Shown here: piece by piece, positions 13,251-28,100 of the stretch
Position numbering within the stretch: position 1 is the first letter of the stretch
Layout of the letters: every line of letters starts with the position of its first letter
Program-made: the position numbers and the translations under genes
The notes under the pieces: model-generated
Seen by the model: only the letters and a program-made list of their open reading frames with translations
Databases searched by the model: none
What the model was told of the DNA's origin: nothing
Assembly (NCBI RefSeq): GCF_009914755.1
Contig: NC_060933.1
DNA: 64,000 bases
Reading direction: 5' to 3' (one strand)
From: the human T2T-CHM13v2.0 reference genome, Homo sapiens

Positions 13251-14132
13251 AATGGAATGGAATGGAATGGAATGGAATGGAATGGAATCAACTCGATTGT
13301 AATGGAATGGAATGGAATGGAATGGAATTAACCCGAATACAATGGAATGGACTGGAATGGAATGCAATGGAATCAACTCGATTGTAATAGAATGGAATGG
13401 AATGGAATCAACCCGAGTACAGGGGAATGGAATGGAATGGAATGCAATGGAATGGAATCATCCGGAATGGAATGGAAAGGAATGGAATGCAAAGCAATGG
13501 AATCAACTCGATTGCAATGGAATGGAATGGAATGGAAAGGAATACATTGGAATCAACCCGAGTGGAATGGAATGGAAAGGACTGGAATGGAGTGGAATGG
13601 AATGGAATGGAATGGAATGGAATGGAATGGAATCAACTTGATTGGAATGGAATGGAATGGAATGGAATGGAATGGAATCAACCCGACTGCAGGGGAATGG
13701 AATGGAATGGAATGCAATAGAATGGATTCAACTTGAATGGAATGGAAAGAACGGAATCAACACGAGTGGAATGGCATGGATTGGAATGGAATGGAATGGA
13801 ATCAACCCGAGTACAGGGGAATGGAATGGAATGGAATGCAATGGAATGGAATCATCCGTAATGGAATGGAAAGGAATGGAATGGAATGGAATGGAATGGA
13901 ATGGAATGGAATGGAATGGAATCAACTCGATTGCAATCGAATGGAATGGAATGGAATTAACCCGAATAGAATGGAATGGAATGGAATGGAACGGAACGGA
14001 ACGGAATGGAATGGAATGGAATGGTATGGAACGGAAAGGAATGGAATGGAATGGAATGGAATGGAATGGAATGGAATGGAATGGAATCAACGCGAGTGCA
14101 GGGGAATGGAATGGAATGGAATGCAATGGAAT

Positions 14133-14147
14133 GGAATCTTCCGGAAT
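14133..14147. promoter_or_regulatory. Perfect 3-unit heat-shock-element match (first copy after the ~12.5 kb gap)
   Basis: GGAATCTTCCGGAAT downstream of a CAACGCGAGTGCAGGGG cassette. Motif match only. Confidence 0.5.
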
Positions 14148-14999
14148 GGAATGGAATGGAATGGAATGGAATGGAATGGAATGGAATAAACCCGAGTGCA
14201 ATGGAATGGAGTGGAATGGAATGGAATGGAATGGAACAACCCGAATGGAATGGAATGTAATGGAGACTAAGGGAGTTGAATAGAATCAATGCGAATGTAA
14301 TGGAATGGAATGGAACGGAATGGAATTGAATGGAATGGAATGGGATGCAATGGAATGGAATCAACCCGAGTGCAATGGAATGGAGAGGAATGGAATGGAA
14401 TGGAATGGAAACTACCCGAATGGAATGGAATGTAATGGAGTGTAAGGGAATTGAATAGAATCAATCCGAATGTAATGGAATGGAATGGAACGGAACGGAA
14501 TGGAATGGAATGGAATGGAATGGAATGGAATGCAATGGAATGGAATCAACCCGAGTGCAATCGAATGGAATCGAATGGAATGGAATGCAATGGAATGGAT
14601 TCAACTTGAATGGAATGGAAAGAATGGAATCAACACGAGTGGAATGGCATGGATTGGAATGGAATGGAATGGAATCAACCCGAGTACAGGGGAATGGAAT
14701 GGAATGGAATGCAATGGAATGGAATCATCCGTAATGGAATGGAAAGGAATGGAATGGAATGGAATGGAATGGAATGGAATCAACTCGATTGCAATCGAAT
14801 GGAATCGAATGGAATTAACCCGAATAGAATGGAATGGAATGGAATGGAACGGAACGGAATGGAATGGAATGGAATGGAATGGAACGGAAAGTAAGGGAAT
14901 GGAATGGAATTCAATGGAATGGAATGGAATGGAATGGAATGGAATGGAATGATACGGAATAGAATGGAATGGAACGAAATGGAACGGAATGGAATGGAA

Positions 15000-17900
15000 T
15001 GGAATGGAATGGAATGGAGTCGTTCCGAGTGGAATAGGAGGGAATGTATTCGAGTGGAATGGAAAGGAATGGAATCAACAAGAGTGGAATGGAAGGGAAT
15101 GGAATGGAATGGAAACTAATAGAATGGAATCAACCCGAGTGGAATGGAATGGAAAGGACTGGAATGGAATGGAATGGAATGGAATCAACTCGATTGTAAT
15201 GGAATGGAATGGAATGGAATGGAATGGAATGGAATGGAATGGAATTAACGCGAATACAATGGAAGGGAATGGAATGGAATGGAAACTAATAGAATGGAAT
15301 CAACCCGAGTGGAATGGAATGGAAAGGACTGGAATGGAATGGAATGGAATGGAATCAACTCGATTGTAATGGAATGGAATGAAATGGAATGGAATGGAAT
15401 GGAATGGAATTAACCAGAATACAATGGAATGGAATGGAATGGAATGGAATGGAGGGGAATGGAATGGAATCAACCCGAGTGCAGGGGAATGGAATGGAAT
15501 GGAATGCAATGGAATGGAATCATCCGGAATGGAGTGGAATGGAATGGAATGCAAAGCAATGGAATCAACTCGATTGCAATGGAATGGAATGGAATGGAAA
15601 GGAATACATTGGAATCAACTCGAGTGGAAAGGAATGGAAAGGACTGGAATGGAGTGGAATGGAATGGAATGCAATGGAATGGAATGGAATGGAATCAACT
15701 TGATTGGAATGGAATGGAATGGAATGGAATGGAATGGAATCAACCCGACTGCATGGGATTGGAATGGAATGGAATGCAATGGAATGGATTCAACTTGAAT
15801 GGAATGGAAAGAATGAAATCAACACGAGTGGAATGGCATGGATTGGAATGGAATGGAATGGAATCAACCCGAGTACAGGGGAATGGAATGGAATGGAATG
15901 CAATGGAATGGAATCATCCGTAATGGAATGGAAAGGAATGGAATGGAATGGAATGGAATCAACTCGATTGCAATCGAATGGAATGGAATGGAATTAACCC
16001 GAATAGAATGGAATGGAATGGAATGGAACGGAACGGAACGGAATGGAATGGAATGGAATGGAATGGAACGGAAAGGAATGGAATGGAATGGAATGGAAAG
16101 GAATGGAATGGAATGGAATGGGATCAACGCGAGTGCAGGGGAATGGAATGGAATGGCATGCAATGGAATGGAATCTTCCGGAATGGAATGGAATTGAATG
16201 GAATGGAATGGAATGGAATGGAATAAACCCGAGTGCAATGGAATGGAGTGGAATGGAATGGAAAGGAATGGAACAACCCGAATGGAATGGAATGTAATGG
16301 AGACTAAGGGAGTTGAATAGAATCAATCCGAATGTAATGGAATGGAATGGAAGGGAATGGAATTGAATGGAATGGAATGGGATGCAATGGAATGGAATCA
16401 ACCCGAGTGCAAAGGAATGGAGAGGAATGGAATGAAATGGAATGGAAACTACCCGAATGGAATGGAATGTAATGGAGTGTAAGGGAATTGAATAGAATCA
16501 ATCCGAATGTAATGGAATGGAATGGAACGGAATGGAATGGAAGGGAATGGAATGGAATGGAATGGAATGGAATGGAATGCAATGGAATGGAATCAACCCG
16601 AGTGCAATCGAATGGAATCGAATGGAATGGAATCCAATGGAATGGATTCAACTTGAATGGAATGGAAAGAATGGAATCAACATGAGTGGAAGGGCATGGA
16701 TTGGAATGCAATGGAATGGAATCAACCCGAGTACAGGGGAATGGAATGGAATGGAATGCAATGGAATGGAATCATCCGTAATGGAATGGAAAGGAATGGA
16801 ATGGAATGGAATGGAATGGAATGGAATGGAATCAACACGATTGCAATCGAATGGAATGGAATGGAATTAACCCGAAGAGAATGGAATGCAATGGAATGGA
16901 ACGGAACGGAATGGAATGGAATGGAATGCAATGGAATGGAATCAACGCGAGTGCAGCGGAATGGAATGGAATGGAGTGCAATGGAATTGAATCTTCCGGA
17001 ATGGAATGGAATGGAATGGAATGGAATGAAATGCAATGGATTCAACTCGATTGCAATGGAATGGAATGGAATGGAATGGAATGGAGTGGAATTAACCCGA
17101 ATAGAATGGAATGGAATGGAATGGAACGGAATGGAACGGAATGGAACGGAATGGAATGGAATGGAATGCAAAGGAATGGAATCAACCCGAGTGGAATGGC
17201 ATGGAATGGAATGCAATGCAATGGAATGGAATGGAGTGGAAAGGAATGGAATGGAATGGAAAGGAATGGAATGAAATCAACTCGAGTGGAATGGAATGGA
17301 ATGGAATAGATTGGAATGGATTGCAACGGAATGAAATGGAATGGAATGGAATGGAATCAATCATTTCGAGTGGAATGGAAGGGAATGTAATGGAGTGGAA
17401 AGAATGGAATGGAATCAACCCGATTGGAATGCAAGGCAATGGAATGGAATGGAAAGGAATGGAATGGAATCAACTCGATTGCAATGGAATGGAATGGAAT
17501 GGAATGGAATGGAATCAACTCGATTGCAATGGAATGGATTGGAATGGAATGGAATGGAATGGAAAGGAATGGATTGGAATGAAATGGAATGGAATGGAAT
17601 GCAATGGTATGGAATCAACCCGAGTGCAATCGAATGGAATCGAATGGAATGGAATGCAATGGAATGGATTCAACTTGAATGGAATGGAAAGATTGGAATC
17701 AACACGAGTGGAATGGCGTGGATTGGAATGGAATGGAATGGAATCAACCCGAGTACAGGGGAATGGAATGGAATGGAATGCAATGGAATGGAATCATCCA
17801 TAAGGGAATGGAAAGGAATGGAATGGAATGGAATGGAATGGAATGGAATGGAATGGAATGGAATCAACTCGATAGCAATCGAATGGAATGGAATGGAATT

Positions 17901-20900
17901 AACCCGAATAGAATGGAATGGAATGGAATGGAACGGAACGGAACGGAACGGAACGGAATGGAATGGAATGGAATGGAACGGAAAGGAATGGAATGGAATG
18001 GAATGGAATGGAATGGAATGGAATGGAATGGAATCAACGCGAGTGCAGGGGAATGGAACGTAATGGAATGTAATGGAATGGAATCTTCCGGAATGGAATG
18101 GAATGGAATGGAATCAACCCGAGTCCAATGGAATGGAGTGGAATGGAATGGAATGGAATGGAACAACCCGAATAGAATCGAACGTAATGGAGGGTAAGGG
18201 AGTTGAATAGAATCAATCCGAATGTAATGCAATGGAATGGAACGGAATGGAATTGAATGGAATGGAATGGAATGGAATGGAATGCAGTGGAATGGAATCA
18301 ACCCGAGTGCAATGGAATGGAGAGGAATGGAATGGAATGGAATGGAAACTACCCGAATGGAATGGAATGTAATGGAGTGTAAGGGAATTGAATAGAATCA
18401 ATCCGAATGTAATGGAATGGAATGGAACGGAATGGCATGGAATGGAATGGAATGGAATGGAATGGAATCAACCAGAGTGCAATCGAATGGAATCGAATGG
18501 AATGGAATGCAATGGAATGGATTCAACTTGAATGGAATGGAAAGAATGGAATCAACACGAGTGCAATGGCATGGATTGGAATGGAATGGAACGGAATCAA
18601 CCCGAGTACAGGGGAATGGAATGGAATGGAATGCAATGGAATGGAATCATCCGTAATGGAATGGAAAGGAATTAAATGGAAAGGAATGGAATCGAATAGA
18701 ATGGAATCAACTCGATTGCAATCGAATGGAATGGAATGGAATCAACTCGATTGCAATCGAATGGAATGGAATGGAATTAACCAGAATAGAATGGAATGGA
18801 ATGGAATGGAACGGAACGGAACGGAACGGAATGGAATGGAATGGAATGGAATCGAGTGGAATGTAACGGAAAGGAATGGAATGGAAAGGAATGGAATGGA
18901 ATGGAATGGAATGGAATCAACGCGAGTGCAGGGGAATGGAATGGAATGGAATGCAATGGAATGGAATCTTCCGGAATGGAATGGAATGGAATGGAATGGA
19001 ATGGAATGGAATGGAATAAACCCGAGTGCAATGGAATGGAGTGGAATGGAATGGAATGGAATGGAACAACCCGAAAGGAATGGAATGTAATGGAGAGTAA
19101 GGGAGTTGAATAGAGTCAATCCGAATGTAATGGAATGGAATGGAACGGAATGGAATTGAATGGAAAGGAATGGAATGAAATGGAATGGAATCAACCCGAG
19201 TGCAATGGAATGGAGAGGAATGGAATGCAATGGAATGGAAACTACCCGAATGGAATGGAATGTAATGGAGTGTAAGGGAATTGAATAGAATCAATCCGAA
19301 TGTAATGGAATGGAATGGAACGGAATGGAATGGAATGGAATGGAATGGAATGCAATGGAATGGAATCAACCCGAGTGCAATCGAATGGAATCGAATGGAA
19401 TGGAATGCAATGGAATGGATTCAACTTGAATGGAATGGAAAGAATGGAATCAACACGAGTGGAAGGGCATGGATTGGAATGCAATGGAATGGAATCAACC
19501 CGAGTACAGGGGAATGGAATGGAATGGAATGCAATGGAATGGAATCATCCGTAATGGAATGGAAAGGAATGGAATGGAATGGAATGGAATGGAATGGAAT
19601 CAACACGATTGCAATCGAATGGAATGGAATGGAATTAACCCGAATAGAATGGAATGGAATGGAATGAAACGGAATGGAATGGAATGGAATGGAATGGAAT
19701 GGAATGGAATGGAACGGAACAGAAAGGAATGGAATGGAATGGAATGGAATGGAATGGAATGGAAAGGAATGGAATGGAATCAACGCGAGAGCAAGGGAAT
19801 GGCATGGAATGGAATGCAATGGAATGGAATCTTCCGGAATGGAATGGAATGGAATGGAATGAAATGCAATGGATTCAACTCGATTGCAATGGAATGGAAT
19901 AGAATGGAAAGGAATGGAATGGAATGGGATTAACCCGAATAGAATGGAATGGAATGGAATGGAACGGAACGGAACTGAATGGAATGGAATGGAATGGAAT
20001 GGAATGGAATGGAATGCAATGGAATGGAATCGTTCCGAGTGGAATAGGAGGGAATGTATTCGAGTGGAATGGAAAGAAATGGAATCAACCAGAGTGGAAT
20101 GGAAGGGAATGGAATGGAATGGAAACTAATAGAATGGAATCAACCCGAGTGGAATGGAATGGAAAGGACTGGAATGGAATGGAATGGAATGGAATCAACT
20201 CGATTGTAATGGAATGGAATGGAATGGAATGGAATGGAATGGAATGGAATGGAATTAACCCGAATAAAATGGAATGGAATGGAATGGTACAGAATAGAAT
20301 GGAATGGAACGAATTGTAATGGAATGGAATTGAATGGAATGGAATGGAATGGAATGGAATGGAATCAACGTGAGTGCAGGGGAATGTAATGGAACGGAAT
20401 GCAATGGAATGGAATCATCCGGAATGGAATGGAATGGAATGGAATGGAATAGAATGGAATCAACCCGAGTGCAATGGAATGGAGTGGAATGGAATGGAAT
20501 GGAATGGAACAACCCGAATGGAATGGAATGTAATGGAGAGTAAGGGAGTTGAATAGAATCAATTCGAATGTAATGGAATGGAATGCAACGGAATGGAATG
20601 GAATGGAATGGAATGGAATGCAATGGAATGGAATCAACACGAGTACAATGGAATGGAATGGAATGGAATGGAATGGAATGGAATGATACGGAATAGAATG
20701 GAATGGAACGAAATGGAATGGAATGGAATGGAATGGAATGGAATGGAATGGAATGGAATGGAATGGAATCGTTCCGAGTGGAATAGGAGGGAATGTATTC
20801 GAGTGGAATGGAAAGGAATGGAATCAACAAGAGTGGAATGGAAGGGAATGGAATGGAATGGAAACTAATAGAATGGAATCAACCCGAGTGGAATGGAATG

Positions 20901-23900
20901 GAAAGGACTGGAATGGAATGGAATGGAATGGAATCAACTCGATTGTAATGTAATGTAATGTAATGGAATGGAATGGAATGGAATGGAATGGAATGGAATG
21001 GAATTAACCCGAATACAATGGAAGGGAATGGAATGGAATGGAAACTAATAGAATGCAATCAACCCGAGTGGAATGGAATGGAAAGGAATGCAATGGAATG
21101 GAATGGAATGGAATCATCTCGATTGTAATGGAATGGAATGGAATGGAATGGAATGGAATGGAATGGAATGGAATGGAATTAACCCGAATAAAATGGAATG
21201 GAATGGAATGGAGGGGAATGGAATGGAATCAACCCGAGTGCAGGAGAATGGAATGGAATGGAATGCAATGGAATGGAATCATCCGGAATGGAATGGAATG
21301 GAATGGAATGCAAAGCAATGGAATCAACTCGATTGCAATGGAATGGAATGGAAAGGAATACATTGGAATCAACCCGAGTGGAATGGAATGGAAAGGACTG
21401 GAATGGAGTGGAATGGAATGGAATGCAATGGAATGGAATGGAATGGAATCAACTTGATTGGAATGGAATGGAATGGAATGGAATGGAATGGAATGGAATC
21501 AACCCGACTGCAGGGGAATGGAATGGAATGGAATGCAATTGAATGGATTCAACTTGAATGGAATGGAAAGAATGGAATCAACACGAGTGGAATGGCATGG
21601 ATTGGAATGGAATGGAATGGAATCAACCCGAGTACAGGGGAATGGAATGGAATGGAATGCAATGGAATGGAATCATCCGTAATGGAATGGAAAGGAATGG
21701 AATGGAATGGAATGGAATGGAATGGAATGGAATGGAATGGAATGGAATCAACTCGATTGCAATGGAATGGAATGGAATGGAATGAACCCGAATAGAATGG
21801 AATGGAATGGAATGGAACGGAACGGAACGGAATGGAATGGAATGGAATGGAATGGAATGGAATGGAACGGAAAGGAATGGAATGGAATGGAATGGAATGG
21901 AATGGAATGGAATGGAATCAACGCGAGGGCAGGGGAATGGAATGGAATGGAATGCAATGGAATGGAATCTTCCGGAATGGAATGGAATTGAATGGAATGG
22001 AATGGAATGGAATGGAATAAACCCGAATGCAATGGAATGGAGTGGAATGGAATGGAATGGAATGGAACAACCCGAATGGAATGGAATGGAATGGAGACTA
22101 AGGGAGTTGAATAGAATCAATCCGAATGTAATGGAATGGAATGGAACGGAATGGAATTGAATGGAATGGAATGGGATGCAATGGAATGGAATCAACCCGA
22201 GTGCAATGGAATGGAGAGGAATGGAATGGAATGGAATGGAAACTACCCGAATGGAATGGAATGTAATGGAGTGTAAGGGAATTGAATAGAATCAATCCGA
22301 ATGTAATGGAATGGAAAGGAACGGAATGGAATGGAAGGGAATGGAATGGAATGCAATGGAATGGAATCAACCCGAGTGCAATCGAATGGAATCGAACGGA
22401 ATGGAATGCAATGGAATGGATTCAACTTGAATGGAATGGAAAGAATGGAATCAACACGAGTGGAAGGGCTTGGATTGGAATGCAATGGAATGGAATCAAC
22501 CCGAGTACAGGGGAATGGAATGGAATGGAATGCAATGGAATGGAATCATCCGTAATGGAATGGAAAGGAATGGAATGGAATGGAATGGAATGGAATGGAA
22601 TGGAATGGAATGGAATCAACACGATTGCAATCGAATGGAATGGAATGGAATTAACCCGAATAGAATGGAATGGAATGGAATGGAACGGAACGGAATGGAA
22701 TGGAATGGAAAGGAATGGAATGGAATGGAATCAACGCGAGTGCAGGGGAATGGAATGGAATGGAATGCAATGGAATGGAATCTTCCGGAATGGAATGGAA
22801 TGGAATGGAATGGAATGAAATGCAATGGATTCAACTCGATTGCAATGGAATGGAATAGAATGGAATGGAATGGAATGGAATGGAATTAACCCGAATAGAA
22901 TGGAATGGAATGGAATGGAACGGAACGGAATGGAATGGAACGGAACGGAATGGAATGGAATGGAATGGAATGGAATCAACGCGAGTGCAGGGGAATGGAA
23001 TGGAATGGAATGCAATGGAATGGAATCTTCCGGAATGGAATGGAATGGAATGCAATGGAATGAAAGGCAATGGATTCAACTCGATTGCAATGGAATGGAA
23101 TAGAATGGAATGGAATGGAATGGAATGGAATTAACCCGAATAGAATGGAATGGAATGGAATGGAACGGAATGGAACGGAATGGAACGGAATGGAACGGAA
23201 TGGAATGGAATGGAATGGAATGGTATCGAATGGAATGGAATGGTACGGAATAGAATGGAATGGAACGAATTGTAATGGAATGGAATTGAACGGAATGGAA
23301 TGGAATGGAATGGAATCAACGCGAGTGCAGGGGAATGTAATGGAACGGAATGCAATGGAATGGAATCATCCGGAATGGAATGGAATGGAATGGAATGGAA
23401 TGGAATCAATCCGAGTGCAATCGAATGGAGTGGAATGGAATGGAATGGAATGGAACAACCCGAATGGAATGGAATGTAATGGAGAGTAAGGGAGTTGAAT
23501 AGAATCAATTCGAATGTAATGGAATGGAATGCAACGGAATGGAATGGAATGGAATGGAATGGAATGCAAAGGAATGGAATCAACCCGAGTGGAATGGCAT
23601 GGAATGGAATGCAATGGAATGGAATGGAATGGAATCAACTCGAGTGGAAAGGAATGGAATGGAATGGAAAGTAATGGAATGAAATCAACTCGAGTGGAAT
23701 GGAATGGAATGGAATAGATTGGAATGGATTGCAACGGAATGAAATGGAATGGAATGGAATGGAATCAATCATTCCGAGTGGAATGGAAGGGAATGTAATG
23801 GAGTGGAAAGAAGGGAATGGAATCAACCCGATTGGAATGCAAGGCAATGGAATGGAATGGAAAGGAATGGAATGGAATCAACTCGATTGCAATGGAATGG

Positions 23901-25150
23901 AAAGGAATGGAATGGAATCAACTCGATTGCAATGGAATGGAATGGAATGGAATGGAATGGAAAGGAATGGAATGGAATGAAATGGAATGGAATGGAATGC
24001 AATGGTAGGGAATCAACCCGAGTGCAATCGAATGGAATCGAATGGAATGGAATGCAATGGAATGGATTCAACTTGAATGGAATGGAAAGAATGGAATCAA
24101 CACGAGTGGAATGGCATGGATTGGAATGGAATGGAATGGAATCAACCCGAGTACAGGGGAATGGAATGGAATGGAATGCAATGGAATGGAATCATCCGTA
24201 ATGGAATGGAAAGGAATGGAATGGAATGGAATGGAATGGAATGGAATGGAATCAACTCGATCGCAATCGAATGGAATGGAATGGAATTAACCCGAATAGA
24301 ATGGAATGGAATGGAATGGAACGGAACGGAGCGGAACGGAACGGAATGGAATGGAATGGAATGGAACGGAAAGGAATGGAATGGAATGGAATGGAATGGA
24401 ATGGAATGGAATGGAATCAACGCGAGTGCATGGGAATGGAACGTAATGGAATGTAATGGAATGGAATCTTCCGGAATGGAATGGAATGGAATGGAATCAA
24501 CCCGAGTGCAATGGAATGGAGTGGAATGGAATGGAATGGAATGGAACAACCCGAATGGAATCGAATGTAATGGAGAGTAAGGGAGTTGAATAGAATCAAT
24601 CCGAATGAAATGGAATGGAATGGAACGGAATGGAATTGAATGGAAAGGAATGGAATGCAATGGAATGGAATCAACCCGAGTGCAAAGGAATGGAGAGGAA
24701 TGGAATGGAATGGAGTGGAAACTACGCGAATGGAATGGAATGTAATGGAGTGTAAGGGAATTGAATAGAATCAATCCGAATGTAATGGAATGGAATGGAA
24801 CGGAATGGAATGGAATGGAATGGAATGGAATGGAATGCAATGGAATGGAATCAACCCGAGTGCAATCGAATGGAATCGAATGGAATGGAATGCAATGGAA
24901 TGGATTCAACTTGAATGGAATGGAAAGAATGGAATCAACACGAGTGGAATGGCATGGATTGGAATGGAATGGAATGGAATCAACCCGAGTACAGGGGAAT
25001 GGAATGGAATGGAATGCAATGGAATGGAATCATCTGTAATGGAATGGAAAGGAATGGAATGGAATGGAATGGAATGGAATGGAATCAACTCGATTGCAAT
25101 CGAATGGAATGGAATGGAATTAACCCGAATAGAATGGAATGGAATGGAAT
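15000..25150 (+). repeat. ~6-kb-offset duplication (15.0-18.8 kb vs 20.75-25.1 kb)
   Basis: Shared junction GAATACAATGGAAGGGAATGGAATGGAATGGAAACTAATAG (~15252/21011), GAGACTAAGG (16302/22096), CCCGATTGGAATGCAAGG (17421/23829) and GGAACGTAATGGAATGTAA (~18056/24438). The offset grows from ~5750 to ~6400. Confidence 0.75.
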
Positions 25151-28100
25151 GGAACGGAATGGAATGGAATGGAATGGAATGGAATGGAATGGAACAGAAC
25201 GGAATGGAATGGAATGGAATGGAATGGAATGGAATCAATGCGAGTGCAGGGGAATGGAATGGAATGGAATGCAATGTAATGGAATCTTCCGGAATGGAAT
25301 GGAATGGAATGGAATGGAATGAAATGCAGTGGATTCAACTCGATTGCAATGGAATGGAATAGAATGGAATGGAGTTGAATGGAATGGAATTAACCCGAAT
25401 AGAATAGAATGGAATGCAATGGAACGGAATGGAACGGAATGGAATGGAATGGAATGGAATGGTATGGAATGGAATGGAATGGTACGGAATAGAATGGAAT
25501 GGAACGAATTGTAATGGAATGGAATTGAATGGAATGGAATGGAATCAACGCGAGTGCAGGGGAATGTAATGGAACGGAATGCAATGGAATGGAATCATCC
25601 GGAATGGAATGGAATGGAATGGAATGGAATGGAATCAACCCGAGTGCAATGGAATGGAGTGGAATTGAATGGAATGGAATGGAACAACCCGAATGGAATG
25701 GAATGTAATGGAGAGTAAGGGAGTTGAATAGAATCAATTCGAATGTAATGGAATGGAATGCAACGGAATGGAATGGAATGGAATGGAATGGAATGGAATG
25801 GAATGCAAAGGAATGGAATCAACCCGAGTGGAATGGCATGGAATGCAATGCAATGGATTGGAATGGAATGGAATCATCTCGAGTGGAAAGGAATGCAATA
25901 GAATGGAAAGGAATGGAATGAAGTCAACTCAAGTGGAATGGAATGGAATGGAATGGATTAGAATGGATTGCAATGGAATGAAATGGAATGGAATGGAATG
26001 GAATCAATCATGGAAGGGAATGTAATGGAGTGGAAAGAAGGGAATGGAATCAACCCGAGTGGAATGCAAGGCAATGGAATGGAATGGAAAGGAATGGAAT
26101 GGAATCAACTCGATTGCAATGGAATGGAATGGAATGGAATGGAATGGAATGGAATGGAATGGAATTAACCGGAATAGAATGGAATGGAATGGAATGGAAC
26201 GGAATGGAATGGAATGGAAGGGTATGGAATCAACACGAGTGCAGGGGAATGTAATGGAATGGAATGCAATGGAATGGAATCATCCGGAATGGAATGGAAT
26301 GGAATGGAATCAACTCCATTGCAATGGAATGGAATGGAATGGAATGGAATAGAATGGAATGGAATTAACCAGAATAGAATGGAATGCAATAGAATGGAAT
26401 GCAATGGAACCGAATGGAGTGGAATGGAATGGAATGGAATCAACCCGAGTACAGAAGAATGGAATGGAATGGAATCAACTCGATGGCAATCGAATGGAAT
26501 GGAATGGAATTAACCCGAATAGAATGGAATGGAATTGAATGGAACGGAACGGAATGGAATGGAATGGAATGGAATGGAATGGAACGGAACGGAATGGAAT
26601 GGAATGGAATGGAATGGAATCAATGCGAGTGCAGGGGAATGGAATGGAATGGAATGCAATGGAATGGAATCTTCCGGAATGGAATGGAATGGAATGGAAT
26701 GGAATGAAAGGCAATGGATTCAACTCGATTGCAATGGAATGGAATAGAATGGAATGGAATGGAATGGAATGGAATGGAATTGAATGGAATGGAATGCCTT
26801 CAAACCAAATGGAATGGAAAGGAATGGAATCAACACGAGTGGAAAGGAATGGAATGGAAAGGAATGGAATGGAATGGAATGGTACGGAATAGAACGGAAT
26901 GGAACGAACTGGAATGGAATGGAATGGAATGGAATGGAATGGAATGGAATGGAATGGAATCGTTCCGAGTGGAATAGGAGGGAATGTATTCGAGTGGAAT
27001 GGAAAGGAATGGAATCAACCAGAGTGGAATGCAAGGGAATGGAATGGAATGGAAACTAATAGAATGGAATCAACCCGAGTGGAATGGAATGGAAAGGACT
27101 GGAAAGGAATGGAATGGAATGGAATGGAATTAACCCGAATACAATGGAATGGAATGGAATGGAACGGAATGGAGTGGAATGGAATGGAATCAACCCGAGT
27201 GCAGGAGAATGGAATGGAATGGAATGCATTGGAATGGAATCATCCGGAATGGAATGGAATGGAATGGAATGCAAAGCAATGGAATCAACTCGATGGCAAT
27301 GGAATGGAATGGAATGGAAAGGAATACATTGGAATCAACCCGAGTGGAATGGAATGGAAAGGACTGGAATGGAGTGGAATGGAATGGAATGGAATGGAAT
27401 GGAATGGAATGGAATGGAATCAACTCGATTGGAATGGAATGGAATGGAATGGAATGGAATGGAATTAACCCGAGTAGAAAGGAATGGAATGCAATGGAAC
27501 GGAACGGAACGGAATGGAATGGAATGGAATGGAATGGAATGGAATGGAATGGAATGGAATCAACCCGACTGCAGGGGAATGGATTGGAATGGAATGCAAT
27601 GGAAAGGATTCAACTTGAATGGAATGGAAAGAATGGAATCAACACGAGTGGAATGGCATGGATTGCAATGGAATGGAATGCAATCAACCCGAGTACAGGG
27701 GAATGGAATGGAATGGAATGCAATGGAATGGAATCATCCGTAATGGAATGGAAAGGAATGGAATGGAATGGAATGGAATGGAATGGAATGGAATCAACAT
27801 GATTGCAATCGAATGGAATGGAATGGAATTAACCCGAATAGAATGGAATGGAATGGAATGGAACGGAACGGAATGGAATGGAATGGAATGGAATGGAACG
27901 GAACCGAACGGAATGGAATGGAATGGAATGGAATGGAATGGAATCAACGAGAGTGCAGGGGAATGGCATGGAACGGAATGCAATGGAATGGAATCTTCCG
28001 GAATGGAATGGAATGGAATGGAATGGAATGGAATGAAATGCAATGGATTCAACTCGACTGCAATGGAATGGAATTGAATGGAATGGAATGGAATGGAATG

